Origin: Methanocella sp.
Lineage (GTDB): Archaea; Thermoproteota; Bathyarchaeia; Bathyarchaeales; Bathycorpusculaceae
Direction: 5' to 3'
Assembly: GCA_050261115.1 (NCBI GenBank)
Contig: JBLNCY010000010.1
Span: forward strand, 96,001-160,000
Length of the DNA: 64,000 nt
Below are positions 1 to 8,141 of the stretch, piece after piece. The notes under the pieces were generated by a model, which was not told the DNA's origin, searched no databases, and saw nothing but the letters and a program-made list of their open reading frames with translations. Made by a program: the position numbers and the translations under genes. Position 1 is the stretch's first letter. Every line of letters starts with the position of its first letter.

Positions 1-307
1 AGTTGCCTTGGTCGCTGCAGAGCGTATTAAAGTAAAAATGGTGACCCTTCGGGGTATAGTGGAAGTGCGCTGTATGCAACCAAATGGGATAAAATGTATC
101 AAAGAATCATTCAGTAAAGCAAAAAAAGCGCATAAGTATAAGGATGCAAAAATCGAGTTTTCTGTCATCGCTGCCCCAAAATATCGCGTTGAGGTTTCAG
201 CAGAGAACTGGAAACGAGCGCAGGATGTAATAGAGCGGGTCGGTGAGAGCATAGTTGCTAACGTTACTAGCGCAGGCGGCAGCGGCAATTTTAAACTCGA
301 CAAATAA
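1..307 (+). CDS. eif2a: Translation initiation factor 2 alpha subunit, C-terminal part (5' end outside the window)
   Basis: The segment GIKCIKE...APKYRVEVSAENWKRA...GGSG resembles the aIF2-alpha C-terminal domain; the frame is open to the window edge. Confidence 0.85.
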   Translation, partial: VALVAAERIKVKMVTLRGIVEVRCMQPNGIKCIKESFSKAKKAHKYKDAKIEFSVIAAPKYRVEVSAENWKRAQDVIERVGESIVANVTSAGGSGNFKLDK

Positions 308-434
308 ACTGAGGTCACCCATAGGCACCTGACTACAGTTTGAGACACAATGGAACATTAGGCTGCAAAGGACCTCTGCAGGGTTCTAAAAACACTTTAA
401 AATCAGCAATAGCCATTAGACATTATAGGTCAAA

Positions 435-569
435 ATGTCTCCTTCAAGCACTAAACGATGCTTAGACTGCTCTACCTCACAGCAGATAAAATGCTTCGGA
501 ATAGACGAAGTCAGCCGCGGCATAAGCAAAAACAGAAAATGCAACAAAAACCAACCCGCTAACTCCTAA
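435..569 (+). CDS. Putative 44-aa Cys-containing micro-protein (MSPSSTKRCLDC...KC...KC)
   Basis: Translated by hand; TTTAAAA TATA-like box about 35 nt upstream; CxxC motif. Confidence 0.3.
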   Translation: MSPSSTKRCLDCSTSQQIKCFGIDEVSRGISKNRKCNKNQPANS

Positions 570-682
570 ACCCAGCCGTAAATCCCCAAACATACATGCC
601 ACGAACTCTACAGGGGCGGGGGTTAGGGCACACCTATAATAGGGTGAAAAACCATTGATTGCATACATTAAGCGGATTAAAA

Positions 683-1012
683 ATGACTGAACAACCAAAC
701 CAGAATAGTCCATCCCACGTTGAAAAACTTTTAATCGACAACCCCGAGAATTTCCCGTTCCATGCCGCGTACCTTGTTTATGCAGAAGCATTTGACAAGG
801 CGCGTGATAATCAATCTAAAATTGAGTTGAACCAAAACATCAAGGACCTAAGCGAGGGCAAAATCAGTTCTGAAGTCTTCTACAGCAATGTATCTCGCTT
901 CCGCAAGATTGATGTGCCCCGTCAAGAACGCTTCTCAATGCAGACTCAACGTAAAAAGGATTGGCGTAAGAAAGAGCAACGGCAAGATCGCATAAAGCGC
1001 CATAAAAAATAA
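683..1012 (+). CDS. Hypothetical protein with basic C-terminus
   Basis: ORF 659..1012 with likely ATG at 683, followed by a T-rich tract. Confidence 0.6.
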   Translation: MTEQPNQNSPSHVEKLLIDNPENFPFHAAYLVYAEAFDKARDNQSKIELNQNIKDLSEGKISSEVFYSNVSRFRKIDVPRQERFSMQTQRKKDWRKKEQRQDRIKRHKK

Positions 1013-1064
1013 TCTTTTTCTTAACTTTCTTATCATAGTTTATGCATAGTCTTTCTAGGTTTGT

Positions 1065-1391
1065 ATGGTTCGTATATGGGCGGTTCCCGTTGGCGAACTT
1101 GACCGTCAGCATCTTTTAGGCGAACATGCAGAGCTCCACTGTATAGTAGGCGCACTGCAGGGTAAATACAAAGCCTACAGACGCCATCCTGAAACGTTGC
1201 GCTTTGAGAACCGCATTGAGCAACTCTACGATCGCCACAATCATCAAGTTCAAGAGATGACCCGCCGAGGCTATAAGCACAACTCACCGATAAACGGAGC
1301 CCCCCAACCCTACATTTATCTACCCGAAGAGTACTGGCGAGACCACCAAGAACTCCTCAAACGCCAATGCCAAACCCAAACAACATTTTAA
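1065..1391 (+). CDS. Pyrimidine dimer DNA glycosylase / T4 endonuclease V-like protein
   Basis: RIW..P..LDRQHLLGEHAELH, HPET and EMTRRGYKH motifs typical of the Pyr_excise family. Confidence 0.75.
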   Translation: MVRIWAVPVGELDRQHLLGEHAELHCIVGALQGKYKAYRRHPETLRFENRIEQLYDRHNHQVQEMTRRGYKHNSPINGAPQPYIYLPEEYWRDHQELLKRQCQTQTTF

Positions 1392-1403
1392 TGGTCTGTC
1401 GCC

Positions 1404-1430
1404 TGTTTAAACGTGTTTAAACCTTATATA
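1404..1430 (+). promoter_or_regulatory. Tandem TGTTTAAAC repeats (10-bp spacing) abutting a TTATATA box upstream of the CoA operon
   Basis: TGTTTAAAC at 1404-1412 and 1414-1422; TATA at 1424-1430. Confidence 0.45.
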
Positions 1431-1490
1431 CGGAATACTTAAACACTCGAGCTTGTCACAAAATGTAACTCAAAAATAAAGAGGCTACCG

Positions 1491-2228
1491 TTGAAGTTGC
1501 AACTAAAAACCATAGATGTCGTCGTTATCGGTATTAGTGCAGCGTTATATGCTGTATTTGGGATTTTAACTGCGGGCTTTAGTTTTTTGGGCGTAGGATT
1601 TTTACCTGCTGTGGTAATTCCTGCCGTGTTCGCGGCGTTGTATGGGCCCTGGGTGGGCGGTTTTGGTGCGGCAATTGGTATTTTCATCCGGGATATGGTG
1701 GTTCATGGGAACGCGGGGTTGAGTCTCGTTGCGGGTGTTCCGCCTAACTTTATTGTTTTCTTCATTATTGGTTACTTTGCGTTTAGAAGCATTAGCCTCA
1801 AGCAGACCATGGCAGGTATAGTTGTTGCTGCAGTTGGTCTTTTGGTTCCAACTTTGATTTTTCTTCCCGACTTTTTGGCTTATACTGGCTTATCTCTTGA
1901 AGTTTTTATGTCTACTTTCGTGTTAACAGTTATCCTTAGTTTAGCAGTTATTGGTATAGTGTCTGTTAGGTATAAGGAGTGGCGAAGCTACGCTGTTGGA
2001 GCTGTATTTGGGCAAATTTTGGGTGCGGCACTGCTCTCAGTTATCGTAGTAGCGGTCAGCCCACTCTTTCTCACATACTTCACGGAGGCCCTGCCTGCAT
2101 GGGTCATAATTCCCTTGTTTGTCTGGACATTTGCAACTGAGGTGCCATTTGTGTTGCTTTTGGGACCGCCAATTATAAAAGCAGCAAACCGAGCATTTCC
2201 GTCGTTGAGGCGAAATCGACGCCAGTGA
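1491..2228 (+). CDS. ECF transporter S component (candidate pantoate/pantothenate specificity)
   Basis: Hydrophobic protein with AALYA and PAVFAALYGPWVGGFGAAIG S-component motifs; overlaps the pantoate kinase start. Confidence 0.7.
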   Translation: MKLQLKTIDVVVIGISAALYAVFGILTAGFSFLGVGFLPAVVIPAVFAALYGPWVGGFGAAIGIFIRDMVVHGNAGLSLVAGVPPNFIVFFIIGYFAFRSISLKQTMAGIVVAAVGLLVPTLIFLPDFLAYTGLSLEVFMSTFVLTVILSLAVIGIVSVRYKEWRSYAVGAVFGQILGAALLSVIVVAVSPLFLTYFTEALPAWVIIPLFVWTFATEVPFVLLLGPPIIKAANRAFPSLRRNRRQ

Positions 2229-3166
2229 ACCACGTGACTAAGACTGCTAAAGCATTTGCGCCAGGAGCAATATCTAGCTTCTTCCAAATTCATGACACCC
2301 AAAACGGTCAACCCATAAGCGACCTAACACAGATAGGTGCAATCGGCGGCGGCTTCGGCCTAGAAAAAGGCACCTACACGACCCTAACCGCAGAAGAAGC
2401 CAAAGAAAATAGCCTCACCGTAACCATAAATGGGCAACCAACAGAAGCCAAAACCACCAAACAAGTAATAGACACTCTTCTTGTAAAAACTGACCGAAAA
2501 TACGCAATCTTTGTTGAGCATCAGATTGAGGTTCCGATAGGTATGGGGTTTGGTACTAGCGCAGGCGGAGCCTTAACCACAGGGTTAGCCCTAAGAGAAG
2601 CAATTTCTTTGCCCCTAACCTATAACCAGATCGGGCAAGTGGCGCACGCGGCAGAAATCCAGTGCCTAACCGGGCTTGGCACCGTTAGCTCACTAAACTT
2701 TGGCGGTGGCCTCATATTGGTGACAAAGCCTGGTGCGCCGGGTGTTTGCCAGATTGACCGTATACCGATATCTCCAGAATACGTCGTTGTCGTGGGTTAC
2801 TACAAGTTGCTTATTCCCAAGAAGCCGGTGCTGACTTCTCCCCAGAAAAAGCAGGAAATTAACCAGTATGGCGGAGAAGCCCTCAAAGCCATACTAGAAA
2901 AGCCGAGCCTCAAGAATTTCTTGGAGCAATGCTGGGCATTCTCTGAAAACGCTGGGTTCTCAAACCAAAACATCCGCGCACTATACCGGGCGGCTAAGAA
3001 GGCAGGCGCTGTTGGCGCAGCCCAAAACATGATAGGTGAAGCCGTCCACGCCGTCTGCCACGAGGAAAACGCTGCCTCGGTAGCGGAAGCTTTTAAGCAG
3101 ATACTGCCTACAAATCAAGTATTGGTCAGCAGAATAGATTTTCAGGGCGCTAGGCTGATAAAATGA
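2225..3166 (+). CDS. pok: Pantoate kinase (GHMP kinase family)
   Basis: AFAPGAISSFF, PIGMGFGTSAGG, AHAAEI...TGLGTV and QNMIGE motifs. Confidence 0.85.
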   Translation: MNHVTKTAKAFAPGAISSFFQIHDTQNGQPISDLTQIGAIGGGFGLEKGTYTTLTAEEAKENSLTVTINGQPTEAKTTKQVIDTLLVKTDRKYAIFVEHQIEVPIGMGFGTSAGGALTTGLALREAISLPLTYNQIGQVAHAAEIQCLTGLGTVSSLNFGGGLILVTKPGAPGVCQIDRIPISPEYVVVVGYYKLLIPKKPVLTSPQKKQEINQYGGEALKAILEKPSLKNFLEQCWAFSENAGFSNQNIRALYRAAKKAGAVGAAQNMIGEAVHAVCHEENAASVAEAFKQILPTNQVLVSRIDFQGARLIK

Positions 3167-3642
3167 GGCAATTTCGAAAAGTCGCTGTCGGCGGAACCTT
3201 CGATCAACTTCATAAAGGTCACAAAGCTTTATTGAGTAAGGCTTTCGAAGTAGGCGATAGGGTTGCTATCGGTGTGACTTCGGATAGTTTTGTCTCAAAG
3301 CTGGATAAAAAGCATCGAACCGCATCTTTTGAAGACCGTAAACGGGAACTCAGAGCTTACCTTACTGAACAAGGCTTGATGGATAGAGCCGAGATTGTGC
3401 CACTAGATAACTCCTTTGGCTTAACCATTACCAGCCCGGATCTGGACGCCATTGTGGTAAGCCAAGAAACCGAACGCATTGCTAAGATCATTAACTGTAA
3501 ACGTGAAAACTCAGGTAAACCGCCTTTGCAGGTGATTGTGGTGACTATGGTTCCAGCAGAGAACCATTGCCCTATTTCTACAACACGAATCCGCCGCGGC
3601 GAAATTGACCGCAACGGACATTTGCTGCAGCGAACTGCTTAG
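3163..3642 (+). CDS. coaD: Phosphopantetheine adenylyltransferase, archaeal type
   Basis: VAVGGTFDQLHKGH, IVVSQET and ISTTRIRRGEID motifs. Confidence 0.9.
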   Translation: MRQFRKVAVGGTFDQLHKGHKALLSKAFEVGDRVAIGVTSDSFVSKLDKKHRTASFEDRKRELRAYLTEQGLMDRAEIVPLDNSFGLTITSPDLDAIVVSQETERIAKIINCKRENSGKPPLQVIVVTMVPAENHCPISTTRIRRGEIDRNGHLLQRTA

Positions 3643-4577
3643 AGTATTTCTCCTATAACGTTTATTGGTTTGGGGATAAGGGCTTTTAAGTCGTCGAGGC
3701 GTTCTGGGTCGATTGTGGCTAATACAACCGTTGCTGGCCCCGCAGACTTGTTTAGGTCTAATCCTTTTGGCTCGATGAGTTTTAGTTGTCTGCCAACGCC
3801 GTAAGCCATCATTTTTGCTTCACTGGCGATTCCAAAGCTGCCTACCGCAGCAATGTCATGCACGTACTTTCGCTGGTTAAGTTGTGCGACGTTTTTGAGG
3901 TCTGCGATTTCTCCATGTGCCTCCGCCGCGATGACCTCCATGCCTACTTTTGGTCTACCGATAGCCACGACCAAATCGTTTGGCATAGTTTTACCCAATC
4001 GGAGTTCATCCTCGTTGGCTAGACCCACTACCGTTAAACCTGCGCCTGTCTGCACTGTGGGAAAGTTGTCTTCGGTGTTTTCCATAAGCACTTGATTAGG
4101 GTCTAAACCGATGGTTCTTGCCTCCCGTTTAATACCTTCGCTGATTTCTTTCCCTGTGGGGTCGTTCTCTACGCCCAGTGTTAGCGATAGTAGCAGGGGG
4201 AAGGCGCCGGTTGCTATCACATCCATCAGGGCGACTCTTGCGAGAAATTTTCCTAAGAATTTTCCGTCCACCTTCACTTTGTCAAATTCTTTGGGTCCTA
4301 CTGCGCCGCTGGAGGTGGAACCTGTGACTATGGCGTGTCCTGTGGGCATTTTTAGGATTGATACGTCGCCGTGTCGGGTGTAGCTGATTTGGGCGGGTTT
4401 TACTTGGAAAGCGATGGGGCGTAGCATGGTGCCGACGTTTTCTATTAGGTGCAGGTATATGGTTAGGGCTTGGCGCATGACTTCTGAGCGGGTTAGGCTG
4501 TGCTTTTTTGCAAGTCTGTCTACGTCTTCTAGGACTTTGTCGGGTAAACGGACGTTTATAATATCCAAGAGATTCAC
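3639..4577 (-). CDS. N-terminal CopG-like RHH domain fused to a CblS/alpha-ribazole kinase-like (PurM/ThiL fold) domain
   Basis: INVRLP..LEDVD..AKK....RSEVMRQAL (RHH); GAVGPKEFD, ARVALMDV.ATGA.P, TEDNFPTVQTG.GLTVVG, G.PKVG.EV, VGS.GI..EA and KSAGPAT (CblS-like). Confidence 0.75.
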   Translation of the reverse strand: MNLLDIINVRLPDKVLEDVDRLAKKHSLTRSEVMRQALTIYLHLIENVGTMLRPIAFQVKPAQISYTRHGDVSILKMPTGHAIVTGSTSSGAVGPKEFDKVKVDGKFLGKFLARVALMDVIATGAFPLLLSLTLGVENDPTGKEISEGIKREARTIGLDPNQVLMENTEDNFPTVQTGAGLTVVGLANEDELRLGKTMPNDLVVAIGRPKVGMEVIAAEAHGEIADLKNVAQLNQRKYVHDIAAVGSFGIASEAKMMAYGVGRQLKLIEPKGLDLNKSAGPATVVLATIDPERLDDLKALIPKPINVIGEIL

Positions 4578-4578
4578 T

Positions 4579-4596
4579 GTGCTACATTTGTAGCAC
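4579..4596. promoter_or_regulatory. Perfect inverted repeat GTGCTACA-TT-TGTAGCAC between the TATA-like box and start of the RHH-fusion gene
   Basis: Read directly from the sequence; AATAAAT on the minus strand at about 4603-4609. Confidence 0.65.
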
Positions 4597-4665
4597 TAGG
4601 CGATTTATTGTTTACCAAAAACCCTCAAAAACAGCAGGCGACAAAGAAGGGTTCAACCCGTGGTT

Positions 4666-4702
4666 GACTCTATATATGGAGGGGGTAGGTCGGCAAAGCA
4701 AC
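4666..4702 (+). repeat. Dispersed intergenic repeat, copy 1 (most diverged)
   Basis: GACTCTATATATGGAGGGGGTAGGTCGGCAAAGCAAC. Confidence 0.5.
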
Positions 4703-4807
4703 AAGCAACCGCATAATCTCTAGATACGCAGCATAAAAAACAAACATACAGCCAAACGGGAAATCAAAACAAAGAACAGAAAAAACAAAGGGGAAAGAGG
4801 GGGGGTC

Positions 4808-6484
4808 TTAGCGGTAAAATGCTAAGAATCCGCCGAAGCGTGTCCAACTAAACCAGGACCAGAAGTGGTGGATGAAGCGGTAGACTATTTGTGGGACTGG
4901 CGATGGTGGCTCAGCGGGTATAGGCGTGGGTGTAGGTTGTTTTGTTGGTTCTGGTGTGGGTGACTTGGTTGGTGTTGGTTTGGTTGTGGGGGTTGGTGTA
5001 GCTGTTGGAGTTGGGGTTGGGGTGGCGGTTGGTGCTGGAGTGGGAGTAGCTGTTGGTGTTGGGGTTGGTGTTGCTGTAGGTTTAGGTGTGGGGGTTGCAG
5101 TCGGGGTTGGGGTTGGAGTTGCGGTCGGTGTGGGGGTCGGAGTTGCAGTTGGGGCTGGGGTTGGAGTCACGTTTGGGGTTGATGGCGCTTGGTATGCGTT
5201 AATGAAGTGTTGCCCCATGGTGTTTGGTGTGTATCCACTGGTTAGCATGGATTGCCCAACGTATACTCCGCCTAAGCCTGCTTCGCTTAGCCAGTAGTAG
5301 GCGCCGGCGCCGATGTTTAGGTCACGTTGTGCCAATAGTAGGTTCTTCCACCAAGTGTAATCGTTTTGCTTGTTTGGGGAAGATAACAAGCATGAGCCTT
5401 CTTCGTTGGCTACTAGTGGAGCGGTAACGCCCATGCTGTTTATTGCGGTTTGTAGCTGCGCTTTGATTCCTGCATAGTCTTTTGCCCAGTAGCTGCTAAG
5501 ATCGCTTGGTGCATAGTAGTAGAAGTGGGTTGTGTAGACTAGGTTGGTTGCTCCTGGGATTGCGTCGGCGATTTGTTTGCACCAGTTTAGTGTGTTGCCG
5601 TATCCGTTGGGGAACCAGCCCATGCGCCATTGCATCATGATCAAGTGGTTTGAGCCTGTGCCGCGGATGGCGTTGTACATTGTTTTTAGATAGGTCATGT
5701 AGCTTGATGGGATGGGGTCAACGTCGCTGCCGAGGTTTGGTTCGTTCCATGCTTCAAAGATTACGTTGGGGTAGTCTTTTAGAGTTGTTGCCATGTCTGC
5801 CCAGAACCACTGCCAAAAGCCTACTTCGTTGTTGCCATAGCCAGCGTCTTGGAGGAATCGGGTTGCTGATGCATCCCAGCCGGAAAGGGGCATGCCTTGC
5901 CAGCCAAAGTTGCTGGTTACGTATGGGTCGCGGTCGAAGCTGGCTGAGGAGGGGGTTAGCATATAGGGGACTATGTCGACGTAGATTCCGTATTTACCGG
6001 CTTCTTCGCAGAGCGTCTTCATGTAAGCTTTGATGCTTATGGGGGTGGTTTGACTGCTGTAGGATGAGCTTTCCTGTGATGGTGCAATGTTGTCTCTGTA
6101 CCACCAGCTTGGGAACATGAATACGCGTATGGCGTTTATTTTCCAGTCGTTTTTCATGACTTCAAAGGTGTCGCGCATTACTCCAGTGGGGTTGTAGTTC
6201 CATTGGACGCCCCAGTTGTCGCCGCCACCTTTGCCCCAGAGGATTAGGTCTGGCGCAAAGCCTGCAATGCCCATGCTCCGAAGGTAAACAGTGTTTCCAT
6301 CTGCATCGAGTATGTATGATCCTTGGGTATGAAGGGGTGATATCGTCGCTGCCTGCGCTGGCTGCACGGTGAGCACTGATAGCATGCTGATGACAAACAA
6401 TGCACTCATCGCAATCGCAAGGGGTTTTGCGGCCCTTTTGAAGTGTAAGGGGTGCAGTAGTCTTTCGATTTTTTTTGCGTTCAA
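4808..6484 (-). CDS. Secreted glycoside hydrolase family 5 (cellulase-like) with Pro/Thr linker and aromatic C-terminal tail
   Basis: Signal peptide ending AQA; [31 protein letters not shown] (acid/base), THFY and VANEEG (nucleophile) motifs. Confidence 0.85.
   Translation of the reverse strand: MNAKKIERLLHPLHFKRAAKPLAIAMSALFVISMLSVLTVQPAQAATISPLHTQGSYILDADGNTVYLRSMGIAGFAPDLILWGKGGGDNWGVQWNYNPTGVMRDTFEVMKNDWKINAIRVFMFPSWWYRDNIAPSQESSSYSSQTTPISIKAYMKTLCEEAGKYGIYVDIVPYMLTPSSASFDRDPYVTSNFGWQGMPLSGWDASATRFLQDAGYGNNEVGFWQWFWADMATTLKDYPNVIFEAWNEPNLGSDVDPIPSSYMTYLKTMYNAIRGTGSNHLIMMQWRMGWFPNGYGNTLNWCKQIADAIPGATNLVYTTHFYYYAPSDLSSYWAKDYAGIKAQLQTAINSMGVTAPLVANEEGSCLLSSPNKQNDYTWWKNLLLAQRDLNIGAGAYYWLSEAGLGGVYVGQSMLTSGYTPNTMGQHFINAYQAPSTPNVTPTPAPTATPTPTPTATPTPTPTATPTPKPTATPTPTPTATPTPAPTATPTPTPTATPTPTTKPTPTKSPTPEPTKQPTPTPIPAEPPSPVPQIVYRFIHHFWSWFSWTRFGGFLAFYR
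4922..5175 (-). repeat. Low-complexity PT/ATPTPT repeat encoding the GH5 linker
   Basis: Repeated ATPTPTPT units in translation; GGTGTTGGGGTT-type DNA repeats. Confidence 0.9.
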
Positions 6485-6514
6485 GTTAGTTCTCTCTCTT
6501 CCTGATTTTTAGGC

Positions 6515-6530
6515 ATCCTATCGATAGGAT
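6515..6530. promoter_or_regulatory. Perfect 16-bp palindrome ATCCTATCGATAGGAT upstream of GH5
   Basis: Read directly; the half-site TCCTATCG recurs at 11264-11271 upstream of the GT2 operon. Confidence 0.5.
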
Positions 6531-6781
6531 CTATTTTATTGTTTTTTGAAAACGCCAATCCGCTAACTTGTAAAGTTGGCTGTTGGTTTTGCGAAGTGCA
6601 GTTAACAAAGCCATAAGGGGGCGGAAACGCAGCTGCTTAAGAAATAATTTGGTGCTTGCTCGGTTGTTTGATATGCAACCGATTTAGTGCTTGCATGATT
6701 AAAATCCATCAAAAGCGGCTAAATTATCCAAGATATGCAACAGTATGTATTGCCCCTAAAAAGAAGGGGTAACCCTGAGGG

Positions 6782-8059
6782 TTATTTTTTCTTTAGTTCT
6801 TCAAGGATTTCTTTAGCTCGGGCAACGTTAACTTTGCGTTCCTTTACCATCTGCGCCGCGACAGCCTCAATCAGTTCACCAGTTGCGCCAGCAGTCACCG
6901 CAATGTTTCTAGAGTGCAGAGACATATGCCCACGTTGGATACCTTCGCTTGCCAATGCCCTGAGTGCAGCTAGGTTCTGTGCTAAACCAACTGCCGCTAG
7001 GACTTCTCCGAATTCGTTCGCTGACTTAACCGATAGAATTTTCATGCATATGCGTGCGATGGGGTGGGTTTTTACGGCGCCGCCGATTAAGCCGATCGCC
7101 ATGGGTAACTCAATTGAGCCTTCTAAGTCGCCGTTAGCGTTCATGACCCATTTTGAGAAGGTTGTGTAGGGACCGTTTAGTGCGGCATAGGCGTGTCCGC
7201 CTGCTTCGATGGCGCGGTGGTCGTTACCGGTGGCAAGCACGACTGCTATGATGCCGTTCATGGCGCCCTTGTTGTGGGTTGCAGCGCGGTAGGGATCAGC
7301 CGCCGCGAAAGCCGAAGCATATGCGATGCCCTCGACGATTTCTTCGCCGCCTATTGCCTCTTTTGGCACGACGCAGGTTGCTTTGACGAGGCGCTTAACA
7401 GCCAAGTTAGAAATGATTCTCAGATATACGCGGCCGCCGGTGAGTTCTTCAATCATGGGTGCGACGGCTTCAGCCATAGTGTTGACCGCATTGGCGCCCA
7501 TTGCGTCGCGGCAGTCCACATAGAGATGAACGATAAGCATTTGCCCCATAGTGGTGTCGATAATTCGGGCATCTAGGTCTTTTGCGCCTCCGCCGAACTG
7601 GTTGAGGATGGGATCCTGCTCGTTGGCCTTTTTGAGAATACGCTCTTTTGCTTCCATTACGGCTTTCTGGGCTGATGCTGCATTTGGGAGTTTAGCGACT
7701 TGGATTTGGCCAATCATAATAGGCGCGGTGCTGCTTGTTTGGAAGCCTCCTCCTTCACGCACCATCTTTGCTGCGTTTGAAGCGGCGGCGATGACGCTGG
7801 GCTCCTCGGTGGCCATCGGGATAAGGTAGTCTTTACCGTTTATCTTGAAATTGACGGCTACGCCGAGGGGTTCGGGGAAGACGCCGATAACGTTTTCCAC
7901 CATGCGGTCGGCTACATCGAGGGGTAGACTGCAGGATTGTTGAAGAAGAGCTGCTTCTTCGGGGGTTAATTCTGCGAGGTCGGTGATTATTTTGAGGCGT
8001 TCTTGGGGTGATAGTTTGTAGAAGCCTGAGATAACTGATGACTTAGCCATATCGATCAC
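6782..8059 (-). CDS. mvaA: Hydroxymethylglutaryl-CoA reductase, class II
   Basis: ENVIG, PMATEEPSVIAAAS, DAMGANAVNT, ATHNKG and EGIQRGHMSLH motifs. Confidence 0.95.
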   Translation of the reverse strand: MIDMAKSSVISGFYKLSPQERLKIITDLAELTPEEAALLQQSCSLPLDVADRMVENVIGVFPEPLGVAVNFKINGKDYLIPMATEEPSVIAAASNAAKMVREGGGFQTSSTAPIMIGQIQVAKLPNAASAQKAVMEAKERILKKANEQDPILNQFGGGAKDLDARIIDTTMGQMLIVHLYVDCRDAMGANAVNTMAEAVAPMIEELTGGRVYLRIISNLAVKRLVKATCVVPKEAIGGEEIVEGIAYASAFAAADPYRAATHNKGAMNGIIAVVLATGNDHRAIEAGGHAYAALNGPYTTFSKWVMNANGDLEGSIELPMAIGLIGGAVKTHPIARICMKILSVKSANEFGEVLAAVGLAQNLAALRALASEGIQRGHMSLHSRNIAVTAGATGELIEAVAAQMVKERKVNVARAKEILEELKKK

Positions 8060-8141
8060 GCTGCAATCAAGTTCGGTTTTGCGCTATTAAACTTAGCTAA
8101 AAAATGAAAGAAATATGTCAGCCTGTTTAGGTTGCTGTGCC

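Noticed and set aside
4926-5297. ORF rich in GVGVAV repeats on the plus strand
   Set aside because: It is the antisense reading of the GH5 PT linker; the repeats have no unique spacers, so this is not CRISPR
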